A stretch of 64,000 bases of DNA from the human T2T-CHM13v2.0 reference genome, Homo sapiens: assembly GCF_009914755.1 (NCBI RefSeq), contig NC_060926.1; one strand, given 5' to 3'. How positions within the stretch are numbered: position 1 is the stretch's first letter; each line of letters begins with the position of its first letter. The notes below the pieces were generated by a model. The model made no database searches and was not told where the DNA came from. It saw only the letters and a list, made by a program, of their open reading frames with translations. Below, piece after piece: positions 37,870 to 52,596 of the stretch. Both the position numbers and the translations under genes were made by a program.

Positions 37870-38290
37870 TTTAAATAAAATCTTTCGCCTTTATTATTTA
37901 ACTTATAAATACTTTAGTATTATCTCCTATCAATAAAGATGTTTTTGTTTTATTATAAGCATAAAAGCATTATTACACCCCCCAAAATAAATTATTTTTA
38001 ACAGCATCTAATACCCAGTTGTTAACTTTTCTCCATTTAAAAAATGTTTATTTAGTTTATTTGCTGAAATAGTGGTCCAAATAAGGTTCATACCTTTCAT
38101 TTGATTGATGTTAGTCTCTTAAGTCTCCTTAAGTGAGGAACTGTTGTTCCTCACTATTTTCCTCCATGTTATTTATTTGTTGAAGAAACAGCATTATGTT
38201 TCCTGTAGAATTTCCCACATTCTGTGTTTGGCTGATTATATCCTTGTAATGTTGTTTAACCTGCTCTCTTTACCTTGAATTTTCTATAAA
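37870..38290 (-). mobile_element. Old L1ME-like 3' UTR fragment
   Basis: cattattacacc...catctaatacccag...ttatttgttgaagaaac...tcctgtagaatttcccacattctg. Confidence 0.6.
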
Positions 38291-38321
38291 CTCATGATTA
38301 CAGCTAGATTACGTCCAGAAC

Positions 38322-38520
38322 TATGAAGGGTTTGAGTTTTTATCCTACTTGCAAGCTAAAAGTCAGCCTGCCTCCATTTCATGGATGCTGGCAGAAGACA
38401 CAAGACTCCTGGGTCAGAGAAAAAGGATAGTTATTACTCACAGCAATAACAGTAGCCAGATTATCAGCATTTATACTGGTTCCTCAGCCCCAGTTCCCAA
38501 AGGGTGACACAAAGAGGAAA
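38322..38520 (-). mobile_element. ERVL LTR fragment (MER54/73/74-like)
   Basis: tgaagggtttgagtttttatcctacttgcaagc...gacacaagactcctgggtcagaga. Confidence 0.65.
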
Positions 38521-39663
38521 TTTTACAAGCCCCTTGGGTGATTCTAATAGGCAGCCAGGTTTAAGAACCACTGACTTAGAAGCTTCATTGGAGTCAGTAA
38601 CATCTAGATGCCCCTTTCTCTATTCTTACACTTTCAATACCTAATAGTGTTCCTGGCACCAAGTGGGTTCTCAATAAATACTGATAGCTAAATTTACTGA
38701 GTATCTATTACATATTCAAAACATCACTTAATCCTCCCAACAATCCTTTAAGTTAGGTACAAGTGTCATTGTTCCCCTTTTATATTTAAGGTAACGAGTC
38801 ACAGAGTGGCTAACTTACCCAAAATCAAGAAAGTGGGAAAACCATAAATAAAATTCAAGCTCCAGTGCACATGATCTTATCCACTACATTATAAGACTAT
38901 ACAGCACTGTAAAAAGAATGAATGAATTTCCTTGTTTCCTTGAGCAATGCTTTGTTGTATTAAATATGCCCACACATAGGAGATATGATACCTGTTTCTC
39001 TTCCTTGATTGTTAGACCTGAAAAGACCATAGTCTATTCCAATCTTTTTATATTTTGTACAAATAAAGAAGTTAAAGTCAAAAGCGACATGAAACAAAAT
39101 GACATGCCCAAGTTACACAGCTAATTAGTGGCAGAGAGAGAGAGCTAGAACACAAGTAGCAAAGTGCGACACACAGATGAGAACTTGGTAAGTACTTTGA
39201 TGCTGATGATGAAGTGTTGGGAAACAAATAAGTTTTTCCTGTTTCCTCTGTAAAAAAAGCATTTCAATTTAGCTAAAAAACACATGCTGGAGTTCAGAGA
39301 AAGAAAAATGTTTTCAGTGCCAATGACTGCTGACTCAATGCACTTTTCCCTCTTCTCCTCAGAGGTGGTCAGTGTGTGAAGGAAAGGCCTTGGGCATCAG
39401 TCTTGGGGAAGACCACACTACAGGCCTCAGTCATTTGGTCAGTCTCTCTGGTCTGAAATGGGAGGAAGTAACTAGAACTCAAGAGGACAGCATTTAGTCA
39501 CCACCATCTGCCCTCTGAGTGTCCACAGTGGGAAGCCAGATGCCTTCTCTTTCATGTATTCAAATATAAAACATGTCTACTTCATATTTACAGCTAGTGT
39601 TCGAGAGAATCACAGGGCATAGCCCATTTTTGAAGAGAATATTTTTTAAAAAACACCTATGCT

Positions 39664-39984
39664 GGCCGGGCACAGTGGCTCAAACCTCTAATTCCAGCAC
39701 TTCGGGAGGTTGAGGCTGGTGGACCATAAGGTCAGGAGTTCAAGACCAGTCTGACCAACATAGTGAAACCCCATCTCCACTAAAAATACAAAAAATTAGC
39801 CGAGTATGGTGGTGTGCACTTTTAATCTCAGCTACTTGGGAGGCTGAGGCAAGAGAATCACGTGAACCCAGAAGGCGGAGGTTGCAGTGAGCCGAGATCG
39901 TGCCATTGCTGCACTCCAGCCCAGGAGACAGTGACAGACTCCGTCTCAAAAAAAAAAGAAAAAGAAAAAGAAAAAAGAAAAAAG
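39664..39984 (+). mobile_element. AluS SINE
   Basis: Full Alu; TSD aaaacacctat(g/a)ct. Confidence 0.94.
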
Positions 39985-41139
39985 AAAACACCTATACTGG
40001 CTTTGTATTTTGGCCACCTTCTATTTTCTTTGTTACTTTCCCCACCTCTATTACCTACAATCACCTGTTGCACGAGGCAGATTTCATTTCCTGAAGGAAT
40101 GTGACTTAAAAATAAACTCTCAATTTGACTCATTCGGTCACTGAAATCTTTTGTTTTGAGCAGCTTAACATGCCAAGCCCTGTGTCAGATGGAGGATATC
40201 CCAAGAATGAACAATGATATGGTAACTCCCTTCATGAGGTTATAGTTAGGAAGGCATTAGTCAAATACACACACAAATATATAATTGTAAATCATAGTGC
40301 TGTGAAAGCAAAAAAGGGCAAGATGAGCTAGCTGAATTGAGGAAATCTAATGCACATTGAAGTCTAAGAAAAGACTTCTCTGACATTTGTCCTAACACCA
40401 ACATTAGTGATCTGAGCCAGAGCTGCTTCAATAGAATGATGAGGACAGAAATATTTGAGAGCCTTCTATGTGCAAAGCATTGAATTAGGTTGTCCATGAA
40501 TAACAAGAAATCACGGAAATTAGGAGATAATAGATAAATAATAATAAAGCGAGAGTAAGGTGAAAATGGAGTATGACATTCCGTTTCTATGGCATTGGAT
40601 TATTTAGGGTGAAGCGACTAGACATTAGGTTTGGCCTGGGGCAATCATTCAACCTGTACACATTGTACCAAGCTCTGTGATTCGTATTCAAGGGTAGATT
40701 TAAAGGGCCAAGTGGCCTGGGTCATCTACCCAGTCCTCATGAAGGCCTTCTCAGGTCAACAGCTACCCTAAGAAGACTACATTGTATGACTGACCCCAAC
40801 CAATCCTGGAGAAACTGGTAGAAACTAATGTGGATGCCAATTCTGTGTAAAATCCAGTGGCACCGTGTAATTTCATCATATCATTCACCACAGGAAAATA
40901 ATAACAAAACAGTTCCCTATAAAGTGCTGATTTGCAATACTAGGAAAGCATGTAACCTGAAATATTAAATTGCAATTATTAAATAACTAAGTTCATTCAG
41001 CCACAGACATTAATTGATGTCACTACTCCAAAGCATACAACATGATTAAATTGGCCATGGCTGGCTAATGTCCTATTTTGAAATGTCTTCACAAGCGGAT
41101 TTTGTAAAGACAGATCAGGCAGATACTGTCATGGACTTT

Positions 41140-41755
41140 TAATGATTAGTCTGTCTAGGACCCTTCCTCTTTTCTGCAAACAGCACCTATCTTATTTTGG
41201 GAACTCTTTCTCCCCACTCCCTTATTTTTCAGTTCCAATAATTAGGTTCAAAGGGCTGCTGCCCTCTTCTTTCATGAATCCCCTCCCTGGCCACAGTGAC
41301 TGTCTCTAAGATGGGTCTGTGACCCAAGCAGGGCCACATCCAGTTCTTCACCTTCCTAGTCATGGTCATTTGTCCAAGAATGGGCAGGTAATCTACAATA
41401 AGGCCATCTGATGGTCCTTAGATTGCTGAGAGAAAAATCTCTTCCATGTGGATGGCAAAGCTGATAAGATATGATTCCAGGAGCTGCTGGCAGCAGCCGC
41501 AGTCCTAGCTTCATAGAGAAAGCTGGTTTACTGAGAGAAGTGAAGATGGGACATGGGGTTCTGAAAGCATTCAGGTCCAAGTTCCAGTATCAGATTCCCT
41601 GGAGCGTCCCTGGTCCCTATATGCCTGAGGCTTGTGGTTCAGCTGTTCCTCCAATTCTGCAACTCTTCCACTCAGTCAATATTCACTCACAAATTCCCCC
41701 ATTTCACTTGATTTGGAGTTGAATTTCTGCCTCTGGGAACCAATGAAGGTCTGAC
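41140..41755 (+). mobile_element. Old MaLR LTR (MLT1J/K-like)
   Basis: ctggccacagtgactg...gtgacccaagcagggcc...aattccccc...gagttgaatttctg. Confidence 0.6.
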
Positions 41756-42407
41756 AAAAAGCATGATCCATCATGTGTTAGGATGCCTGAGATCACCTTA
41801 TCCAAGGTGCTATGCTCTTTTCTACTCATGTAAATATAAATAACTTAGCACACCACTCCTGCCCTTCCCAGCTACACAATAGAAGTGAGATAGCGATCTC
41901 TCCTCTGAATCACTGGGAAATCTTGGAGAGATTTCTTTAACGGAAAAATGCAACAAAGCAGAACACTCTAGGGCACAATAGAGAACAAGTAAATTGCTCT
42001 AGGAGATAAAACAAGTCTCCTGACATCAGGAGAGGAGTCCTTTAATTTGCATCATAAAGGATGAGTAAAAGTTTGGTTTGCAAGGCAGAGAGCAATCTAG
42101 ATGGAGGAAAACAAACTTGTAAAAGCTTAAAAGTATGTTTATGGAATTGCAAGAAAGTACATGTGATTCACTTATTTTTATAAACTATTTTCCTTCTTTG
42201 GGTAGAGAAGTCAGGATTTTTTTTAATTGATGAGACAGCCTGCATTATAATAAGCATCAGAAATAGCAACAGTTATTTGCTGGGTTCCTTGATTTTCCAA
42301 AGCTATTCTACATAAAAACAACATAATGAATTTGATTTGGTTCAAACCGGAAAGGATTTGTCTCAAGGCACTATGTTCTTACCTAAGTTGATAAAAATGT
42401 AAATAAG

Positions 42408-42608
42408 AGCCTTGTGCAGGGAAACTCCCTCTTATAAAATGATCAGATCTCATGATACTTATTCACTATCATGAGAATAGCACGGGAAAGACCCACCCCC
42501 CCACTCATGATTCAATTATCTCCCACTGGGTCCCTCCCACAACACGTGGGAATTATGAGAGCTACAATTCAAGATGAGATTTGGGTGGGGACAAGCCAAA
42601 CCATATCA
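42408..42608 (-). mobile_element. THE1/MST LTR fragment
   Basis: tcagatctcatg...attcactatcatgagaatagcacggg...gagatttgggtggggacaagccaaaccatatca. Confidence 0.9.
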
Positions 42609-42661
42609 GGTGGTACTTGAAATGCTGCTAAGATTTCCTTAAGCAAAGATAAATTAGAATA

Positions 42662-43871
42662 GAAACTCTCAAACTGTGGTCTGGGGTCCCATGGGGGTCC
42701 CTGTGACCCTTTCAGTGGAAATATGAGTTAAAATTATTTTCAAATAAATACCAAGAATTGTGTGCTTTTCTTCCCTCATTGTCTTCATTGTATAGTTGGA
42801 ACATCTGCATAACTCAGGGAACCAATATTTTTGAAATGACCATTGCATGATGTTACAAACTTATGCATGGGTAAAGGAATCCTTCAGATTGCAAGAGATA
42901 TCAATGGATTTTGATACAACAAAGGATAAAAGGCTTATTGAAATGATTTCAAATTTCACAGAACAATAACTTTTAAGAAACTACCACTTACGGAGTTTTG
43001 GTGTGGTATCAAAGAATTTACAATTATCTGAAAAGGCTGTTAAGAAAACCATCCCTTTTCCAACTGTATTTAAATGAAAGATTGAATTTTCTCCATATGC
43101 TTCAACAAAAACAATATATCCCAGTGAACTAGGAAGCTGGATTCACCATCCTCTATTAAGACAGAAGTTAAAGAGATTTATAAAAATGTAAAACAATGGT
43201 CATCTTCCCACTATTTTTTTTTATTTTAGAAAATTTAGTTATTTTCACAAAAAAAAATGTTACGTGTGTTAACATGTGTTATGTGTTGAATCATGTGCTC
43301 CCAAAAGATGTTGAAGTACTAAGCACCAGTACCTATGAAGATGATCTTATTTGAAAGTAGGTTCTTTACAAATGATTAAGTGAAGATGAAGTCATTAGCA
43401 TGGGTCCTGATTCAATGTGATTCCTGTCTTTGTAAAAAGGAGAAATTTGGACACAGACACAGACATGGGGGAATGCCATCTACAAGCCAAGAAACACCTA
43501 AGACTGCCAGAAGCTGAGAGAGAGAACTGGAACAGATTCTCCCTCATGGGCCTCAGGAAGGTCCTCCCTCAGGCCCTCTTGCCGGCACTTTGAATTCAAA
43601 CCTGTCGCCTTCAGAACTGGGAGACAATAAATGTCTTGTTTAAGCCAGACAGTGTGTGATACTTTGTTACAGCAACCCCAGAAAACAAATAAAACGTGTA
43701 ATTCGTTTATTATTTTTAATCAATGTATTAAAATATATTTAATTTATCCACTTTAATTTCTAATATGACAAATACTAACAGATTTAAGGCACATAAAGAA
43801 AAGCTCTTTGGGTCCTTAATAATTGATAAGAGTAAAAAAGGGTCCTGAAACCCAAAAGTTTAAGGACCACA
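42662..43871. mobile_element. Charlie1-type hAT DNA transposon fossil interrupted by an MLT1 LTR
   Basis: tctcaaactgtggtc...gggggtccctgtgaccctttcag start; aagctctttgggtcc...gggtcctgaaacccaaaagtttaaggaccac end. Confidence 0.75.
43277..43695 (+). mobile_element. MaLR solo LTR (MLT1B/C/D-like)
   Basis: tgttatgtgttgaatcatgtg...ggagaaatttggacacaga...tttgttacagcaaccccagaaaac. Confidence 0.85.
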
Positions 43872-44089
43872 GGATTAGCAGGTTCCTAGTAAAGGGACAA
43901 GAGGAACCGAGGCGGTGGTTCCCAAATACATCCCCTAACAGCTACATCAGACTCCCAGGCTTGCTCCATACCCATTGAATCAGAATTGCCAGAGTTTTGT
44001 TCCAGGAAATTATACTTCTAAAAAGCTCTCCAGCTAATTCCTATATGCAACCTAATGCTTGGAGGCAGAAGCACCCACAATGAGTTGAC

Positions 44090-44750
44090 AAGTATTTCAG
44101 TCAACTCCTTTGGTTTGCAGGAATAGCGATGTACTCAAGTAAGCTCCAGTAATAGGGGAGTCGATTGCAAAGATATACTTGACACCACTGGCATGTCTTG
44201 TGGGATCAGTTATCCCACAAAACAGGTGTTGTAATAGATCCCCCCTCAGAAAGAAGTGGGAGATCACAGCAGGAGTTTGTGGTTCTTCACTCTGCGTTCT
44301 GCCATCAGTATGACTAAGCTTTATGACTACAGGACTCTATACATGCCCTAGTCAGCTTCCCTCTGTCCCTCCTCCAAATAGCTGCTTCTCCATGCTTGTG
44401 GCTGCACATGGCTTTGGATTACGATGCTTCAAATTCACCTCCAGGCAATTTTCCGTTTCTGCTTTATTGCCAACTGTCAGGTTCCTCTTTCTTAATTTCA
44501 GTCCTAGAGATGGAAAATCTGATTGGTCCAATTTGTCTCCTAGAGCCAGGTCATGCTCAAATTTGCTGGACAGCCTATGGCTTTGCTGTCTTGGAGTCAG
44601 ATGCCCATATCTGGTTTATAGTCTGTGAACACGGGGCCTAGATAAACAAGGTGTACGACATAAGAGCCAATACCACAGGCACTGCAGACAGGACATTTTT
44701 CCTTTAGACAGGGCTGTGGGCAAAAGAGGCATTGCAATTAGCATCTTCAG
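44090..44750 (-). mobile_element. Old MaLR/ERVL LTR-like fossil
   Basis: ttggtttgcaggaatag...actcaagtaagc and tctgattggtccaatttg...ggtcatgctc motifs typical of old MLT1 LTRs. Confidence 0.45.
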
Positions 44751-45949
44751 AAAATTTTTGGTTTTGCTCTTGTGATTTCAAAAAAATTTTTTATTTCAAT
44801 TTTTTATTAGGATATCTGATTTGATAAGCTCAATTTTTTTTGACATAAGCATGCCCATAGCTAAACTGATGAATTAGATGATGATTATAATGGTGTGGGT
44901 GATGAGACTTAAAGACCCCAGAAATATAACCTATGTATTTCTCTCTGACCCTCTATTTTATCCATATTCACCTGCTAAGTAACGTAATTCTAGTTTTTTT
45001 TTTATTCTTTCTTCATATTCATTCCTTACTACCCAGCCCCCTGTCTTCTTCTTCCTCCTCCTCCTCCCTAGTTCTACCTGCCTTGTGGTTTTAGATGGAA
45101 AAAAGAAATGAAGCTCAAAGCATTTTCTAATTCCATTAGTTTTACATTACAGTTCAATCTGATTCTTGAACAATTTTATGTAATAGCTTTGTCCTCTGCA
45201 ATTTTAAAGAAGGAAAAACATGCAAATATTAAATTCTTTATCATACATTTAACAACCACTGAGTATTTCAATTATTTGAGTTGCCACTTTACAGCAAGCT
45301 GTAATTGTTGAGACAGGGCAGATACCCTTTCTTTGTGTATTGATACCCATGGATTTTGGCGTGAGAGAGTATAGTTTTTTGGGCGGTAAATTATTTGTGT
45401 GCATGTGTGTATCATTGCATAATTTTTTCTGTGTGTTTGTGTGTATATGTTTGTAGTTTTCTTGGTATGTATGTGTCCTTCAATTGAATAGAATTGCACT
45501 GTTTTCTTCTGTTGTACTGTATATTTTTCATTTGTTGCTCTGAATTAAAATAAGACAGTTTCTATTGTGACTAAATTGGTGGATTGCTCAAAAAAAAAAC
45601 AGAAACATCTCCAAGGTTTTGTTGAATCTAATTAGTTATATGCAACTTATAGTACATCTGATTCTTATTATACGCTTTTGTGTTTTCTCCAGTAAATCAG
45701 TTGAAACTAAGTGGCTGTGGCATTTGACCTACATAATAGTGAAGGTGTAGATTTAAATTTGCATGCTGTATTGTTCTCTATCCTTTATATGTTAAAGTTC
45801 CTCTTAGGACACTTCTAAAAAATTAATGCACATTTTTGTATGCATGATGCCATACAACAATGTAGCACATCAGCTCCTCTTTAGGGAATAATGTTGATTC
45901 AAGTTCATCTTAATCAACTCATACTTCCAACACAACTGATTCATTTATT

Positions 45950-46620
45950 TGTAACGGAAACTATTGGCTCACAAAACTCAAAGTTGAGGAAAGTGGAAAA
46001 CTTCAGGAGCAGTTTGATCAAGGCCTCAGCCCCATTTTTCTGCAGTTGTCAAGACTCTGCCTCCTTTATTTGCTGGCTCTGTCTTCAGGTTATCTTTCTT
46101 CATTGTAGCAAAATGGCCACTATACATCCAGCCTCAGGTTAAATCACATCACCCAGAAGTGAGAACTTATGTCTTCCCACCATTGAACAAAAGTCACCAG
46201 CTTCTCCCTTAATGTACTCATTCTAATTGTGTGCCCATTTCTGAAATAATCACTGTGGCCAGAAAATTATATGCTTTGATTAGCTTAGTCCTGGTTGGAT
46301 TAGATTAAAACTGGCTTCCTCTTTCATGGTAGCAAAATGACTGCAGCAATTACTATGACTATAGCAATTCCGGCCTCACATTCATATATCACATTATTTA
46401 GAAGAGACAGCACTTCTAATTTGGCAATGATTCTACAAAAGACCTGTGCTTCCCTCTATTGGTCACCTGCCCACCTATGAACCACTCACCATAGCAGCCA
46501 GTGGGGCAGAACTACTCTGGGGTCAATTCCTTTGGGGTCCACATAGGAAGCTATTGCTAGGGATGAATGCTACTCAAACCAAATGCAATTATGGAATGGG
46601 GAAGAGGAGAGATGGGTGTC
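45950..46620 (-). mobile_element. Old MLT1-type LTR fragments
   Basis: attggctcac...cttcagg...gtagcaaaatggc (occurring twice)...gtgcccatttctgaaataatcactgtggccag. Confidence 0.55.
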
Positions 46621-48474
46621 AGGGAGGGAGCCAACAAACAATACCCTCTGCACTGATGGCCACCACAGTTAATTTACAAATCTCAGAAGTGGACGACACC
46701 TTCTTCCTTCTCCCTCCTCTATTCCAAATCTATCTCTCCCAAAGATGCATGCTTCCTTGAAGAACACAGACTTCCCACATGTACAGGATTTTTTTTCGAT
46801 CAAACATACCTGACTTTATTCAAGTTGAGTTTACTGTAAAGAAACTTGCTAGAGAAACATCAGTACAAAACCATTTACTCTACTTTTTTCCTAAGTCTAA
46901 TAATTGTTTATAGGTCATTAGACAGTCCAAGACACAATTTCTCACACATCCAATTCTCTTGAATTTTTCTTGCTGTTTTTCAAATATTTGCTTTCTACCT
47001 ATGTATAGCTCAATTTCAAAATTTTTATTCATGTCTAAAATGTGGGTCTTGCTAAGCATATCATAACACCTTAAAAACATTTCACAATCAGGCAGTGCTC
47101 CAGCAGCCGTATTTTTTAAATCAAGCTTGTGAATTCTCTAAGAAGTCCAAGAACAACTGTGAATGGCTTTCTTGAGCACTCTTGCAGGTGCACAGGAAAG
47201 AGTCCTAGCCAGCTGTCTGGGAGGTGCCAGATAGCAGGACACAAATTCAGTCTCCAACTAAACAGACATTCACCTGGAGAACCTGTTATCAGAAATGGCC
47301 TGGATAAAGCCTTCTTCACCTATACAACCAGCAAAGCTATTTCTCTAGTGATTTTGTCTCGCCTTTACTTTCCAGGGACTGAAAAGCTTCGCTAGAAACA
47401 CAAGAAAAAGGAAACTCATTCTTCCAAACTGACTTATGAGAAAATGCAAAGCTTTTGGAAATGTTTCCCAATTTCCCATATCATCATGACTGTTAGAAAT
47501 GTTAAAACACTGGAAAAACAAATGAGATTTTTGCAAATACTATACTCCTATTTCCAAAATGGTTCCAACTTAATAATAAAAGGTTAGACTTTTTTAGATC
47601 AACTTAAAATGTTATAGACAAGGTCTCTCCTAGAGACCCTCATTAGCTGTCATTTTTCCATAGGGGTCAAGAAAAACATCACAATATTACTAAAGTTAAG
47701 TGATGCATGGGGAAGTTTTTTACCCCTAAAAGCCAAATGCTCACAACCAAAAGTCAATGCATATGATAAGCGATGGTGTAAGAGTTTGACAATAGAACAA
47801 CCAGATGGCCATCCAAGCACACGTTCCCCACTGGGACGGTCTCAGTTCTCTTTCCATTCAGTTTTTACATCCACAGCTCCTCACACACCTGGTATAATAT
47901 CTCTTTCTGTGTTTGTTTTGAAAGCTAAAATTTTGTTTTTTGTATGCTGCGTTTCCTGGACAGCATGAGTGTGGTATGATACGTAATTGAAAGTTTTTTA
48001 CTAAGCCCTAGTATTGCACAGATGGGTAAGAAGCAGAAACTGATTACTGAAAAACGGCAGCCCAAAGGACATACGTTTATGCACTTAAATATTTCTGAAA
48101 ATAGAAGTTGGGTCATTATTCCCATTTCCATTTTCAGTGGAGGTGATTAAATCATTCCATCCTGATGATTGCTATGTTGCTGGTAAACTTTCCTAGTGTC
48201 ATTGTTTTTTGTCTAAATTAATTCTGAAAGGCTAATCTAGTTTCTACTTGTAAAAAGTATCTGGAAGTTTCTTTAAGTCTCATAAAACATTCCTGAGAGT
48301 GGAAAATTTAGGTGCATAAGATGTTATAGATCTCCAAACTAAAAGACACTATCCATTATCAAGGAGTGAGGCAATCAATGCTTCTCTCAAGAGTTCCAAA
48401 AAAAAAAAGTGGGAGTGGGGGAAAGAAAGGCAGGAATCAGATACTGGGAGATCAAAACAGCTTTACTGCTTACA

Positions 48475-48509
48475 GAGGAAAAGGAGGAGGAGGAGGAGGA
48501 GGAAGAAGC
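48475..48509. repeat. (GAG)n-type purine trinucleotide repeat
   Basis: aggaggaggaggaggaggaggaagaag. Confidence 0.85.
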
Positions 48510-50752
48510 AAAAGTAGATGAGAAGCTGTGGCTTTGAAGTTATCAATGAATGTGTTCATATTTCACCTTTGAATTTAACAGGCTTGTCCATGTGTCTTGT
48601 TGCCAAAACTAGGCAAGTGCAGACCTCCTGGGCAGCAGTAGTTCAAATGCACTGTCTCTGCAGATCAGTAGGAAAACGGAGAGAGCGAGCGAGCCATGCC
48701 GTGCATGTTCTTCCTCCCAAACGAACCCGTCAGATAGTCCTTCATTTTCTGGAGAGGAGTGAAAGCAGATCACTGAGCAAGGGGAGTCCTCCTTGAACCG
48801 ATGCCCTCTACATCACAGATCCATGAGGCAGTGAGAAAAGAGGCTTCCATTCTAACACCTGCAAGCTCCAGGTCATTAAAAAAAGGTTTCCTTTTTCCAA
48901 AACCTGAATATAACAAAAATGTCACCAAGTGAGAAATTTCCAATAAAATATAATTTTGAAGACAGAAAAAAACCCCTCGAGGAGCAGTAAAACAAAATCT
49001 CAAAACAACCAAAGAACTCAGAGAATTCCTCGATCCCCTCTAGAAAATGACATAAACTGTCATCTAACCTCACACCTGGATATCTAACCCATTGTCTCAG
49101 ACAAGAGGGTCATGAAATTGACTCTGGAGAGCAGAGCTGGCCAGAGATATTGATGCTGGTTCTCCTTCTCACTCTCTGAGGATGTAAATAAACACTAATT
49201 TAGGTGTTGAGAAAGTGGTAGACATGGCAACAATCAGGAGGATGTGGAGGGAGTAACAGATTAAAGCAGGGAGCCCTTACATTTCAGGCAAAGAAGTCCT
49301 TCCCTCTACATGGCTAATTAGACTAAGCTGGCTTTTTGGAAAGGCTGAGACTAAGAAAAGGAAACTTCGGTTTGAGTAGAAGAACAGACCAACCTTGATG
49401 ACAATTAATGCTCAGAGATTAAAATCCTATTTTCCTCCAACAGGAACTTAGTCATAAGGCCATGTGGCCCCAGTTGGAAGGAAACGGGATAAGTAAACCA
49501 GCCCTCCATCCCACTGAGAGCTAGAAGAATGGGCTATCCAAAAACTACAAGGAGATCAACATTTCCTATTCTCTTAAATTGCCATGAGGCTTAAAAGTGC
49601 CAGGAGGGGAAATAGTGAAACAATAATCTGGTGTTTTTGGTTTCTGATTCAAAAGATGTGCTATTGAATAATGAAACATAAAACATTTGCCAAAATCGAC
49701 TTTCTTAATTATTTTCTATTTCCTTGGCCTTTAAACCATTTAAAGGAACAATCACTTGAAAAATAATTGTGGCGTAAAGAATGTGAGATCACAAAACTTT
49801 CAGAGCTCAGAAGTTCCAGTCAGAGAAGAAAACTGAGGTCTTAATCTGGCTTTCCTAATTTCCTGCAACTCCTTAATACAGAGTCTAGCTGGTACCCAAG
49901 TCTCCTCCCCGCCACAGCAATGCTCTTTCTGCTGCACTACTTCAGAAGAGCACCCACATGCTCATCTTTATGAAGGCACACCCTCCTTGAGGCCTTTGGT
50001 GTGAAAGCCCAATTGTTTACAAGCATCGTTTGCAAAGGATATCCAGAATATCCAAAGCAGAAAGCCACACACTGACCACTGCCACATGCCCCATGAAGAA
50101 AAAGGTGCGAATAATGACATTGATTTAGTTACCTGACTTTTTAGTCACTTCTTTTCCTGAAAAATTTGTTTTGAGCTATTGAGTTTTCTCTGATGTGGGA
50201 TACAAGGCAATGAGACCAATTTCTGGAAGCCATACATGAAAGGCTACATCAAGACTTCTTTGGCCTGCTTTACATTTACAAAGGGTCTAAAGAAAGACAT
50301 AACAGGTGGACTTTATTGCCATTTTCAGAAGCAGCATTTTAGATGCAGCGTGCCAAGTCTCACAGTTTCACATCCCATAAATATGCATACATTCATGTTT
50401 ATGATTTCCCTGCATGAATCAGAGATTATGCTATTCTGAAGCACATAAAATTTCATGTGAATTTTATTTTTTGTGTCTTGAAAGATATCATTTATTGATG
50501 GTACATTTCTCATCTGATAGCTGCAATGGAATTTATTTAGCATTTAACAATGTCATTATAGCAGACTCCTTAAGACTATTATATTTCACATGGGCCATAA
50601 ATCAGAAAACTAGACTTTAGAAGAGCTGTCCAAACAATTGAGCCAGTATCGAATAAAACTCTACATTTCCCATCTTTATTAATTTTGATCCTTCTGGCTG
50701 GCATGTTAAAAACTTGGGAGAATACTTCAAAGTAAAAAATGTCAGTTGTCTA

Positions 50753-50962
50753 CTTTTTTTTGTTTCGTTTTGTTTTTTTCTGAGACAGAGTCACTCTCTC
50801 ACACAGGCTGGAGTGCAGTGGCACGATCTCAGCTCAGTGCAACCTCTGCCTCCTGGGTTCAAGCAATTCTCCTTGCCTCAGCCTCCTGAGTAGCTAGGAT
50901 TACAGGCATGCGCCACCACACCCGGCTAATTTTTGAATTTTTAGTAGAGAAGGGGTTTCACT
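50753..50962 (-). mobile_element. 5'-truncated AluS
   Basis: Antisense right arm and linker ending at ggggtttcac. Confidence 0.9.
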
Positions 50963-51093
50963 TTTCAAACTCTTAATACATCCTCTCAGTTCCATGTACT
51001 AAGTGCATATCAAATGCACAGCATTCAACATTTCCTGTGAACAAAACAGAAATATGTCTACAGGAGGCTGAAGAAACATCCCTGAGGTTTCTA

Positions 51094-51148
51094 TTATGTT
51101 GGTGCCATTACTTTGGCAAAAACCGCAACTACATTTGCACCAATCTAA
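51094..51148. mobile_element. MADE1 (Hsmar1-derived MITE), internally deleted
   Basis: ttatgttggtgc|cattactt|tggcaaaaaccgcaactacatttgcaccaatctaa with TA flanks; matches recalled MADE1 with ~20 nt of the left TIR missing. Confidence 0.85.
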
Positions 51149-51784
51149 TAATTGCAAAACAGCCAAAGAACTTGGAGAAGTCCTTGATGTTCTTTATAAA
51201 ACAACGACTCTGAAGAGGGAGTCATCAATTTATAAAATATATTACCCCACACTATTATTTCTCAGGCTGTTCTTTAAGAAACAAAAGATTTCCATGATTA
51301 ATTATTTTGATACATGCTGTGTTACAGAAAGTTAGAGTGTTTTTTTATTGCTAAACTTCCTAGAAATGTGTGTTCATGCACGTGTGTGTGTGTTTGTGTG
51401 TGTGTGCCCTGTATCTTCAAAAATGAGAAAATTGTTTGTGATTCCCAAAATTATCTAAAAATTTCATTCCTATTCCATCTTTGGTTTTGGAGCAACATTA
51501 ATCATTTCCATAAAAACTCCATATGGAAAAACAGATATTTAAAAATTAATCTTAGAGTTCATTTTCATGTTTTGAAACTATGACTCCCAGCTGGATTGTG
51601 AAGTCTGGAGGAACCGTTACATCCCCGTGGCTCTGGTGAGCTCCCAGCCCCATCCATTCCCTCCACTCTTCCCCTTGCTCATTCAACTCAGCGCCCCCCA
51701 GGCACACAAAACCCACTCCTGGCTTGGGCCTTTGCACTTCTACTCAGGTAATTTAAACCTTCCTCCCAAAGACAGTCACATGAC

Positions 51785-52105
<321 letters not shown>

Positions 52106-52231
52106 ATGACTCCTCTTTTCAACCAAAGCTCTACTGAAATAACTCCCTCTATTGTTCTTTTATTTTTTTTTCCCCTTACCTTGTTTTATTTTTCTTCATA
52201 GCACATAACACTACCTGACATTATAACCATC

Positions 52232-52596
52232 TGATATGGTTTGGCTGTGTCCCCACCCAAATCTCATCTTGAATTATAGTTCCTATAATCCCCACGTGTC
52301 ATGGGAGGTACCTGTTGGGAGGTAATTAAATCATTGGGGTGGGTTTTTCCCCATACAGTTCTCATGATAGTGAATAAGTCTCACAAGATCTGATAGTTTT
52401 ATAAAGGGGAGTTCCCCAGCACATGCTCTCTTGCCTGCTGCCATTTCAGACGTACTTTTGCCCCTCCTTCACCTTCTGCCATGATTGTGAGGCCTCCCCA
52501 GCCATGTGGAACTGTGAGTCAATTAAACCTCTTTCCTTTATAAATTACCCAGTCTCAGGTATGTCTTTATTAGCAGAGCAAGAACAGAATAATACA
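52232..52596 (+). mobile_element. THE1 solo LTR (MaLR)
   Basis: tgatatggtttggctgtgtccccacccaaatctcatcttgaatt...aattaaacctctttcctttataaattaccc...aataca; TSD ccatc 52227-52231 / 52597-52601. Confidence 0.95.

Noticed and set aside
51094-51148. MADE1 as a miR-548-family hairpin
   Set aside because: About 20 nt of the left inverted repeat is deleted, so the long pre-miRNA stem cannot form.
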